64,000 nucleotides of DNA, from contig JAQFVV010000002.1 of NCBI GenBank assembly GCA_028023455.1, forward strand, positions 5,828,001-5,892,000, given 5' to 3'. Made by a program: the position numbers and the translations under genes. The notes under the pieces were generated by a model, which saw nothing but the letters and a program-made list of their open reading frames with translations, was not told the DNA's origin and ran no database searches. This document shows positions 28,413 through 39,829 of this stretch, piece by piece. How positions within the stretch are numbered: the first letter of the stretch is position 1; every line of letters starts with the position of its first letter. Source of the stretch: Epiperipatus broadwayi. Taxonomy: Eukaryota; Animalia; Onychophora.

Positions 28413-31400
28413 TGAGTGCTTTCATTAGCCAAATCCAGATTCTTTTCTTATCACAAATTGGATTGAGCATAAACGCGTGTATAAAGAGATAATGCATAGC
28501 CAATGGCAAGAACGGATCTATAAGCAATGATGCTCATTGAATCCGAATGTTTCCATTAAGGTTAAGGATCTGGCAAAAAATAATCAGCCTTTTTTAAGGT
28601 AAGGTCAGGATCAACTGTTAAACCTGAATAACAGAAGCCTAGTTTTCCATATACCATCAAAGGGAATTTCTGCTAACCTGAAACAGCAGTGCTCATTGTC
28701 CAGACTATAGGTATATAAGCTAACAGTTACATAGTGAGGCAAGCCCACGTTCAGGAATGGAAATTGCTGAACAAAATTGATTCAAGGCAAGCTGTCATTA
28801 CAGCCGCATGAGGCAGACTGACAAGTACAACTGGAAGTGAGTAAGAAATCTATAAAGAATGTACAATTGCTTTTTCAAACATTCACCCAAGAACTGGAAC
28901 TATACCTTGCCAGCAGCAGCAGGTGGAGTATACCTATCTATAAATAACTGTAAATCGAGTGTTTTGTATCTATATATTATTAATAAATATATTATAAAAC
29001 GTATGTATACTCATTTGGGTTTATTTACATAATTATGATTAAACACAACAGATTTGATGTAGTCGACAAAAATTAAATTTTTTACCACCACATCCCCAAA
29101 GGCTGAAAAAAAAGGTTTTAAACAACAAAATATTGCCCCCATAGGTCATTAGATTTTGTCATTATTCAAAAAAAAAGTGACCACAAAGGTTATTTCTGTA
29201 TCAATAAAACTTTGTAAAATCAAACATAGGAGTGGTTACTCAGTAATCAAGTCAGAAATTCCCCACATTGGATTGTTAGATTTTGTCTTTATCGGAAATT
29301 AACTTGCCAAACATTAAAATATCTTTCTGAGAAGTGGCTCACATAAATCAAAGAATTTTTTCTCTCTCACACAATACAAAGGCAAAAAACAGAATGGCTA
29401 ATGTTGGCTCAATTGAAGCATTGGATCCAACCTATCCAGAGAATTGGCCAAGATATAAAGATCGAATAATTTTTTATTTACAGGCTAATCAAATCAAAAG
29501 CCTGAGTTAAAATTAGCCATGCTTATGACAATAATCAGACCCCAGACTTATGAGGTTAAATCACAAACGACAGAGATACTGTTTGACCTAAATTCTGACA
29601 AGGCCTTATCTCTACTACCAACTTTTTTACTCCTAAATCTCTAACAATAAGGCAGAGATACCATTTCAATCTTTGTGTCCAAAGGGATGAAGAAAATAAG
29701 ATTTTGCTCTTAGAATATATTCATTAGCATTAAAATGCAACTTTAAAGACTTTCCTTAATGAAACTCTATGAGATCGATTTATCTGTGAAATGAGTAATC
29801 ATAATTTTAGAGTCAAGCTCCTAATGGATCCTCACAACATTAGCAGAATTGACAGGTAGTTAATCAAAGCCATTGAAAAAAATAAATTGCAATATTCAAA
29901 GTATTAAACAAAACACTGAATCAGTCAAACATCCAGCTTCCAGCTCAAAGAAATCAACAACAAGTGATAATTTTTATTAGATAGAATGAATTAATATATA
30001 TATACACACAGAATGTCCACACTGCAATACAGTGTGTACATATTGCATGCATGTCAATCACACAAAAAAAGGAAACATGTAGCCAACAACAGAATGGAAT
30101 AATCCACTCCAAAAAGCAAAAAAGGCAATTTAAAGTCAAAAACATAATATATCTGCATAAACAATGTGAACAGTCACTCTATTTTCAAACAGAATTATTA
30201 TTAATGATATATAAATCACAGTGGAACTGGACACAGGATCTTCAAGGTCCATAATGTCAAACAAGACATATAATAAGAGTAATAAATTTCAGTTACATTC
30301 TAGCAGCAAAACAATCACTGATTACCAAGGCAATCTAGTAGCACTCTTGGGCTGATCATGCAAGAGTGCAGTTTACAATGGCCAATAGAACTAGATTTCG
30401 GTCTCTTATTGTATCTGCTGGTAGATTAGGGCATGTTTGGTTCATTCACTTAGGTTTTACAGTGACTAAAGTGAATCAGCTTGCAGCAAAATGCCAAAAA
30501 GCAATTAATCCTGGTTTGAACCCAAATTAATACATGAGACTACGAGTGCAAAAAAAAAACAGATAGGTACTCATGTTGCATGATGCATGTTTAAAAGAAT
30601 CACAAAATGGGACCCAACAGTTGTAATCAAAGTCAAAAGATCACAAGCAGTGGTGGCTAAAAATTGCTGATGGATAACAACATTGCCAGGTTAATCTACA
30701 CATCTTGTGGAAACTATAATGAATTTACAGTTCCATGACCAGCCATTGGCAAAGTCTCATGAGGTAACAAAAAGAGGCAAGCTAACAGTAATGTCATCAC
30801 CCAGCCATGTGAACCTACAGTTCCAAGACCATCTATCAGAAAAACTTCATCAGGTGAAACAATTGCAATTTACCAATGAGTTACCACACAACTATAATGA
30901 ACCTTTCAGTTCCAAAAAAAAAAAACAAATACAACAATGAACCTGCTGAGAACATCAAGTCAGAAGAAGCAACAATGCAAACATGTCTACTAAAGCATCT
31001 GCATGTCTATGTTCTCCAAGGTTAATTTTTGACAGGGGGAAGGAATGTCAACCTCACTTTGCCTTCAAATAATGGACTAGTGCAGATTTCTTTCTTATTA
31101 AGATTAGATTGAGCATTTATTGTCACTAACCAATGTGTATATAAAGAGCAACCACATAGACAATGGCAAGAACCGGTCTATAGGCAATGATATTCAATGA
31201 AACCAAATGTTTCTATTAAGGTTGGGGATCTGGCAATAAATAGTCAGCCTTAATGGAAACAATCGGATTCAATGAACATCATTGCCGATAGGCCTGTTCT
31301 TGCCATTGAATGTGTTATCTCTTTAAATACGCATTGGTTAGAGGCAACGAATGCTCAATCCGATTAAGAAAGGAATCTGGACTAGTCCATTATTTGAAGG

Positions 31401-31417
31401 CAAAGTGAAATACAACA
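28413..31417 (+). mobile_element. Internally deleted, degenerate Gypsy LTR retrotransposon
   Basis: Gag start MANVGSIEALDP..PENWPRYKDRIIFYF at 29394, LRDRFIC motif, and an integrase C-terminal fragment KWDPTVVIKV. PBS-like TGATGTAGTCGACA (tRNA-Ser type) at 29055. PPT GACAGGGGGAAGGAA directly before a TG...CA 3' LTR (31046-31417). Homologous 5' LTR at ~28413-29050. Confidence 0.8.
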
Positions 31418-32623
31418 TTAAGTCTACTACTGTTTGGATTTATTGATATTTGTAACATCATATTTTTTTTTTTGCCTAGAACAGATATTTCCAAATATAC
31501 TTAGCCTACCACTTTCTTATCCTTTTCAAATAAAAAAAAAATTCACTTTTATGAACATTTATAAGAACAACTAGAAAGATGTAATTTCCAATTTTGCCTT
31601 CTTTTATATCTCTATATTTCTGTCTCACAAAATAGTAAAAAAAGGTGTTGTTGATAATAAGACACTTTGATGCTTGAAATTTTAAAATTATTTTTTAAAT
31701 CAACCATAGTAATATTTACATTAGACATAGAAAATAGAATAGGGAGGCATAATATTACAATAAAAATCATGAATATTACTAAAGATAATCCTAATGAACA
31801 AAATGAATCAGAGGCACTGCTATCAATTTATTAATGTTCAACTCTATTTTTGTTAAAAGAAATTTTAATAACCATGACTAGATATTTGCAGTCAGTTACT
31901 CTGTTAATTCAAATGATTTACGGCCACATTGAACTCACATTTCACTAAATATGATGGGAAAAAATGCCATTAAAAACTTTTATAATATAATCCAAAATCC
32001 AGGATAAGGTATATCTATTTGTTTTTGCAACCAAAACTGTTTGTATTCACTTTGAATTTAAATTTCAATTCCTCATTTGTTATTGTTTCTATCGGTTATT
32101 CTTGTAATTTTGGAAATTCTTTAGAGTTTGTACTTTAAAAAGGTAAAAATCCAATCAGGTATGTTCATTTTCAAAATATTTTCAAATCATTGACAGAAAT
32201 CAATATGCAAAGTTACCAAATGCTGACAATAGATAAGCAAGTCTTTATTATGGTGTTTTCTATCATTGATAAATTTGAAAAGTTGCATAATTTCCCTCAT
32301 TCTAAATTTTATTTGTACAGAAGTTTTATCACAAATGCAGAAATAACAATGTTTGATTAAATTCAGTTAATTGCTTTGAGGCTGTAGGTTTGGTTCATTA
32401 AATTTATTAAACAACTCTCTCAAATAAGCTATATCATTTTGGAAATATATCAAGTTGGCTAATAAAGTATGATTCTGTTTTCTAGAAACTCTAGTCATAA
32501 GATAGTTTATAAAATTAATCACAATAGCCATCTTTAAGTAATCAACAAACTTCTATATAAAACAACGTGAATTCTTTAATGTTTTCATTCTGAAGTTGTA
32601 TAAATAATCTATCATTCAGTGAA

Positions 32624-32959
32624 TTGTATCTGTATTCACTTTCATTTTTGGCAACTAAATGCTGACAATATATGACACAGTGTACAGCAATTACATGTGA
32701 AGACATTTTTTATACACATGCAAGAAAATCCCAGTAATATGCTACTACACTTAAGCATCATTTGAAGCAACTAAGATGACATTATCAAAAAAAATTTAAT
32801 GCAATCTTGTCAATTATTATTATCGTGCTCCAGTAATGATAGAACACTAAAGGAGTTTTCTTGCATATTTAAAAAAAAAAAAATCCAAATGCATTCATTG
32901 TACACTGTGTGATCCATTGATAACATTTAGTTGCCTAAAGTCGAAATTAATGCATACAA
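32624..32959. mobile_element. Old fold-back MITE-like element
   Basis: Imperfect inverted arms GGCAACTAAATG...ACACAGTGTACA / TGTACACTGTGT...CATTTAGTTGCC, plus an inner ATGCAAGAAAA / TTTTCTTGCAT pair. Confidence 0.6.
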
Positions 32960-33837
32960 AAGATATTAAAGCAAATCAGAAGCAAGTGACTAAATGAGAT
33001 TGTTTCCACAATTTTGTAGTGAAAACACTGAAAATCAATCACTTCCTAGTTTAATATATACCTTTTACAATTTGCTATTAAGTTTGTACTGAGTTAAATT
33101 TGTATAATATTTTTTTGGGAGGATACAAGTATTTTCTTTGTGTTTGCAATAAAAGCTAACATTACCTTGGATATAAAACAAACAAATTATGAGAATACTG
33201 ATTAAAAGTTAAACAAGAAATTGATATTTTCAACTTTGTATTTGATCATATAAAGTTCATTATTAATAGTATATTACATGCAATATTTGTTTATTTTCTC
33301 TCTTCTTTTTGTGAAAATCATTTATAACAGCATTTTCATCTTGGGAAATATTAGCATTTAAAACAAAAGAGTTAAAAATTGATTAATTGAATGAATATAT
33401 TTTAGCTAATGTACGAATTGTAAAATTTATTCCTAAAGTATTTTGCTATTGTATGTGATCAAATTATGTTTTACATTATTTATTATAGAGAATGAAACTT
33501 GTAATTATTTGCTTTTTTGCTATGTTCATGATGAAAATAATCATATTTTAACTGCATAAACAAAACACACTAAATGTGTATATATATATTGTAAAACGAA
33601 GATTTGCATGGGTTAAATAAAAAATAAAAATTTAAACCAAAAAAAATAAATTTAATTTTTTTTTTTTTTTATTTATTATATTTTAATTAAACTTTTAAAT
33701 TAAAAAATTATTTTTATATTTTAATTATTAAAAGGGGGAAGAAAAATTAAAAAAAAAAATTAAGAATATTTTTCTGGAGGGGGGGGGTTGTTTTCTTTAA
33801 AAAAATTATGTTAAAACGAAGATTTGCATGGGTTAAA

Positions 33838-33983
33838 TATATAAAATACATATTTTGCAGGTTCATCCATGGGTTTTTCTACCTTTTATAACTCTGTGGA
33901 TGGCTTGTGTGATCAAGTCGAAACGTCTATTAATATTAAAAGTTTTTAACACGGATGAACCCGCAAAATATGTATTTTATATA
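33838..33983. mobile_element. Short MITE-like element with ~34-bp TIRs in TA-rich flanks
   Basis: TATATAAAATACATATTTTGCAGGTTCATCCATG versus CACGGATGAACCCGCAAAATATGTATTTTATATA (2 mismatches). Confidence 0.65.
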
Positions 33984-36900
33984 TATATAATGAATAAACC
34001 TTGTACTGTACTTTTTTGGTATAAATATCTTCCAATAATTTTCTTTTCATAAATACTACCCCTATAATGTCATCAACCTTACCAGATAGTCATCATTAAA
34101 AAAAGATGTTTTTTTTTAAAAAAAGGATAATTTTTTTTAAAGATCACTAGCCAATAGTTGATTGTTAATCAAAATAGTGAGTACAAATTGATAATGATGG
34201 CTATGAATAATTTTTGCATAATGATCAGTCATACATCGAGGAGGAAAAATGCAATTTAATTGAATGAGTTATTATTACTATGTGGATATAATTAATGGAA
34301 ACAGTTATCCTTAATCCTATATTCGAATTGATCATGTTCAATCTATGAAAATAATCTCAAAAATACAGAGTATCTCATATGAGATTATCAAGAGTCATGT
34401 CATATATAAATTTGTGTAGAAAAGATCATGTAATAATGGACCAGCAATCTCATTCCCATAAATTGTTTCTTAACCCGATAGTTAATTTTGAGCATGCATG
34501 TAAACCTGTTCTTTAGATAACAGCCAACACTTCATCTAATTCTAATACAGAAAATTAGTATTATCAATGTAGGGCTTCGTCTATATTCCAAGCCAGTAAC
34601 CATAAACTATGACATAAATTTCCCAGTCTAATGTGTAGTCCAGACCATATTCATTACTTATAATGTGGGTTGACTTAATACATGTCTTTTGATTTGATTA
34701 CATTTTAATTTTGACAACTCAACATGAAGCTTTGTTCCTTGACTATCTTCGGTAACATACAATTTAATAACCTAATGTGGTGCCATGGTAACAGGACCTT
34801 GACCATTTTCAGTAATAGTATAGGTATAATATTTTATTTATTATAAAATGAAACCAAAATATGATAACATATAACCAATCAAATCCAGATTTATGATGCA
34901 ATATTCCATTCTTGTAATGAATCTTAAACTATCATTCAATTTAAAAATCTTCCAAACCAACTTTGTCAATATACCCATATTTCATGAAAAACTATCATTT
35001 GTCAGGAAATCTAGAAACTTGAAATACTTGAATAACCATACAGGAACAATAATTAGATTTTTTATATACGTTTTAATTAACTCGTTTCAATTTTTGAAGC
35101 TAAATAATTTATTAATTGATCTTATAATATGCTTAATCAATTAATGTTTTAATATATATATATACGTATTCTAATATATGATGATAATATCCACATTATA
35201 ACACCTATATATGTTTAAAGCGTATTATAAGTATTACAACTCTAAAAAGAAAAATATAATGCTTTTATATAGGAATATATATATTGTAAAGGCAGAAAGT
35301 AGGGAGAATGAACAAATGATCCATCTATCCTTTGTTAGTCAATTTTATATAACAAATATATATAAAGCATGGGTTTGTGTAAATAGAGAACAATACACAT
35401 AAACTAGAGCATGAGAAGACAAATAAAAATCATTCATTTATTCAGACTTACAAATATTTCTAATTCTTGAGAACTATAAAAAACAGGATGCAAATCTGGT
35501 GTGTATCTTGCCAAATTCTTTTACCTGGCCACATGTAAGCCCATAATGGATAACACATAGAAAATATAGATCCTAAAACTAGATCCTGATTATTATAATG
35601 TCACCACTAATAGTCATGGTGGAATATAAAGTAACTAACAATGTTTGCTAGTTGTGAGTTTAATCAATCCTCAAAGTACTTAAATAAATGAATTGAAATG
35701 AGAATCACTGAATAAAGAAAGCAATGAATTTATTTACATAATATAATATAAGAGTTGAAACATAACAATAAAGAAATATATAAATGATTAAATATCTGAT
35801 AATTATACTACTCACAATATGCCTAATGCATCATTCCATGGAAACATGGATTCAGAAAATAACAAATATAATAATTAAATATTTCAAATAATTTTATGTA
35901 CAATAAAAATGTACATGGCTCTAGATTGACACACATAAATTTATCCTAAGATAAGGCATGTATACTGATTTGTGCATTCCAATCATTCTTCATTTAGGCT
36001 GCATCTTAGATCTGATAAAACAATTGTATTATTATTTTGTGAATTAGGCAGAGATATTTCTTGAACATTAGCATTGTCGATTACAACATGTTCAATGATA
36101 TTTTATGCTTTTATAAGACAAAGGTATATACATTATAAATATCATATATTTTAGAGATTATTTTGAATGGGCTATAATAGAAATAATTTATTTATTAATT
36201 ACTGCCATTTTTATTTTATATTGTTAGATTTAATATAATATTGAGCTATATTGTTCATTAATCAAATCAAAAGATTTTCATAGTAAAAATATTTCTGGTC
36301 AAAAAATGTATTTTACAATAGAGTTAATGTCAATGATTAGTGGTTTTTGGAATAATGCATCCATGTTATTATTTGTAATAAAACAATTATTTACAACAGT
36401 TGTTTTTTTTTTAAAAAAATAAAATAGAAAAAATAAATTCATAATGTTATTTTGAGAATAATTACACTTTTCCTGTTTCTCCTGTTTCTTTTTTTTTATT
36501 ATTACAAATGAGTGTTGTCAACTATAAGTTATTAAAATTATTTGGTTTTATCATTATCATTTTATTTGATTTAGAATTAAAGTATATAAAGATGACACAA
36601 TGTTCTATTCATTTTTGTATCAAGTTCGTTTTAGTGTTTTCAGCATGTCCTTTTTGCCTAACAATTTTCATCATTCTCATAGGCCCACCATAATCAGTAA
36701 ATTACATCAATATAACAAGTCAATAAAGACAAATTTGTCAATTTAATCCACATTTTAAATTGTTTTCCTTTGCATTGATGTTTATATTTTGTAGATCAGT
36801 ATGAAAGAAGATACATTAAAAATGAATGTTTCCAGTTACTTATGAAAGAAAGAAAAGCCTCTCACCATTTATTGTTGCTGTTTCTTTCAAGACATGACTT

Positions 36901-38182
36901 TTGTAAATAATCCAATATATAAGATATTTTAAATTTTATTTTCCAAAATGAAAAGAAGTTTTGCCAGCTTTTCCAATTTTTCTTCTTGTTATTCTATATT
37001 AAATAATCAGTTCATGTTTTAGCTATTCTAAAAATCAATTGTCATAAAGGACAATAAATACATTTATATATCAATATCTTATTGATATTTTTTATTTTAA
37101 AGCAGCAATAATAGATTAATATGTTGCTTGTTTGTTTTGTTTTTTGTATAATCAACTCATTATTTATAACAGCCTTTTACTATTATTCTAAATGACTATG
37201 TCAAATTATTTTGTATAAGAATGTGGACTGTCTTGGCTTGATATAACAAGTTCTCATTCATTCCACATCTTGTTCTAAACATGTACAGTAGAGGCTGAGA
37301 TTATGTCCTAATGTCCTTACAAATATTGTGCCCATATATTTGTGTTGAATTTTGTTGAATTGATTTCATCAAAAAAGATTAATGAAATAATCTTAATAGT
37401 AAATTTTGTTCCCAATTTTTTTAACTATTCATTCAAGTCCACTAATTTTCTAGATTGAGACTGTCAGTCTCAATACATATAATAAATTAACATAAGTACC
37501 TGATATATTTGCCTTGTAATACATTCCTCCAAATTTGCAATAAATCTTAAACCATCACTCAATGTTTAAGTTTTCAAATTTCAGATTCACTTGATGAATG
37601 AATGATTCATATGAAATGTTTATATAGTAAGAGATAAAAATCAGTTATGGAGATGTTAATTTATTGTACTGTATCCTAATCTCCTTATAAAGCAAAAATC
37701 TATCTCTGTAAATCTTTTAAGTATATTTCAATAATTACTAATATTACAACTCTGCCTAATATTTCTATTCACAACGAATGATGGTTAATATTTGTCATTG
37801 CATGTTGCTCTAACAGAATGCTAAAATAATCTTCTGATAGAAACCAAAATTACATATTTATAATATCAGTGACATCTTAGATTAGTGCATTGGTTCACTT
37901 TAGGTAAAGTCATGTATACACATGCTCAAGTGATTTATTTTGTTGAATGCAATAGATCAGCAGTTGGCAACCTATTGCAGACCACTAACATAATTTTTAA
38001 AGATACGAATTAATATGAGCATTGAGTATGATATACACATATATTTATTTATATGTTTTATAATTTTTGATAAACAAAGCAAAACTCTCCATACAGTATT
38101 GCCACCTGTGCTAAACAGAGTAATCAATGGATGCCAGAAGGCTTGTGCATAAAATCCCTATCTAATGCCTACTCATCCAATA

Positions 38183-38224
38183 TCCCCAGACTAGTTTCTG
38201 GCTTGTGGCCTTCGTCAGTGAGGA
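38183..38224 (-). ncRNA. Type I hammerhead ribozyme motif, copy A
   Basis: TCCTCA-CTGACGA-A-GGC-CACAA-GCC-A-GAAAC-TA-GTC^-TGGGGA: stem I, conserved core, stem II, minimal stem III with palindromic ACTAGT, GUC cleavage triplet. Confidence 0.8.
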
Positions 38225-38639
38225 GCTTTGGATCTGAGAGCGCTGCATCTAGATCTTAGGATCTAATGCAACCCTCTAGCAACCACCTTTTATCTCTACT
38301 TAACTACAAAACTATGAGAATGAAATTGGAAAACACAAAAAATATTTTCAATCTAAGCTCAATAGCTTATATAGTCATATGGGTCTGAACTCAGTTCAGC
38401 ACCCATACATTTTGGTGTCTTTGGCTCTTTTACAACCATAGCCACCACTATCCTATTAGGCAGGATTGGTGTTAAACCATTAAGCATCACATGATCACAT
38501 TTCCTATACTAGCACATTAATTGTTGATAAACAGAACAAAACTCTCCATACAGTATTGCCACCTGTGCTAAACAGAGTAATCAATGGATGCCAGAAGGCT
38601 TGTGCATAAAATCCCTATCTAATGCCTACTCATCCAATA

Positions 38640-38681
38640 TCCCCAAACTAGTTTCTGGCTTGTGGCCTTCGTCAGTGAGGA
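38640..38681 (-). ncRNA. Type I hammerhead ribozyme motif, copy B (cleavage triplet GUU)
   Basis: Same as copy A, 457 bp away, with GTC changed to GTT. Confidence 0.72.
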
Positions 38682-38952
38682 GCTTTGGATCTGAGAGCAC
38701 TGCATCTAGATCTTAGGATCTAATGCAACCCTCTAGCAACCACCTTTTATCTCTACTTAACTACAAAACTATGAGAATGAAATTGAAAACACAAAAAATA
38801 TTTTCAATCTAAGATCAATAGCTTATATAGTCATATTTTTTGTGTTTTCAATTTCATTCTCATAGTTTTGTAGTTAAGTAGAGATAAAAGGTGGTTGCTA
38901 GAGGGTTGCATTAGATCCTAAGATCTAGATGCAGTGCTCTCAGATCCAAAGC

Positions 38953-38994
38953 TCCTCACTGACGAAGGCCACAAGCCAGAAACTAGTCTGGGGA
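38953..38994 (+). ncRNA. Type I hammerhead ribozyme motif, copy C (in the inverted arm)
   Basis: Read directly on +: TCCTCA CTGACGA AGGCCACAAGCCA GAAAC TA GTC TGGGGA. Stem I extends through ATCCAA/TTGGAT across an internal loop. Confidence 0.8.
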
Positions 38995-39356
38995 TATTGG
39001 ATGAGTAGGCATTAGATAGGGATTTTATGCACAAGCCTTCTGGCATCCATTGATTACTCTGTTTAGCACAGGTGGCAATACTGTATGGAGAGTTTTGCTC
39101 TGTTTATCAACAATTAATGTGTTAGTATAGGAAATGTGATCATGTGATGTTTTATAATTTGTTAAAGAATTATGTTTTATTTTGTTTTTTGCTAATATAA
39201 TGTTCATTTTATTTCATAAAAAAAAATGAAGGTATAAATATGTATTTGTTACATTTTATATGCGTAATTTAATTCGTATCCACAAAAATTATTTAAGATT
39301 AATAACTAATAATATTATATTCTCTAATAATTTTATACATGTGTTTTCCTTCAAAA

Positions 39357-39829
39357 ATGCAATACAGAGAGCATACCAATAGCTCAAACAAGCTCTTAAT
39401 TAATAAGTGCGGTATAAGAAAATATTTAAAATCTCTATCCAGAACACTCTCATCTACAGACCAACTGGTTTCGAGTTTTATGGCTCACGTCAGTGGAGAG
39501 CTAGAATATTCGGACACTAGACCTAAAATATCAACTCAAAAAACCAGCACTTATTTCATACGTATATTTAAGTAGAAACTCTGAAATTTTCGGACATGAA
39601 AATGCCTTTAAATCCAGCTATCTAACTTAAATAGCTATATGAGACTGAACTAAATTCAGATCTACCATATTTTAATAGCCTCAGCATAGCCAAAGCCTTA
39701 AAGGTAAAATTATAATAATTAAAAAAGCAAGTCATATATAACGTGACATTACTTTTATAAGCTTGTAGTTACAAAAATGCAAGCTTATAAAAGTAATGTC
39801 ACGTTATATATGACTTGCTTTTTTAATTA
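39357..39829 (-). mobile_element. Second, diverged hammerhead-bearing non-coding insertion ending in a perfect 52-bp fold-back
   Basis: 12-bp direct repeats TTTCCTTCAAAA (39345-39356 and 39830-39841). Patchy similarity to the 457-bp monomer. Perfect inverted arms at 39714-39765 and 39780-39831. Confidence 0.7.
39453..39499 (-). ncRNA. Degenerate type I hammerhead motif, copy D (core A9 replaced by U)
   Basis: TCTCCA-CTGACGT-GAG-CCATAAAA-CTC-GAAAC-CAGTTG-GTC^-TGTAGA. Confidence 0.6.

Larger units (their letters stand above)
38067..39146 (-). mobile_element. Hammerhead-bearing non-coding retroelement (retrozyme/Penelope-like): about 1.7 tandem 457-bp monomers plus an inverted copy
   Basis: 14-bp TSD ATGTTTTATAATTT (38053-38066 and 39147-39160). 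Unit starts at 38067 and 38524. Inverted arms at 38485-38801 and 38833-39149. Three hammerhead motifs; no meaningful ORF. Confidence 0.85.
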
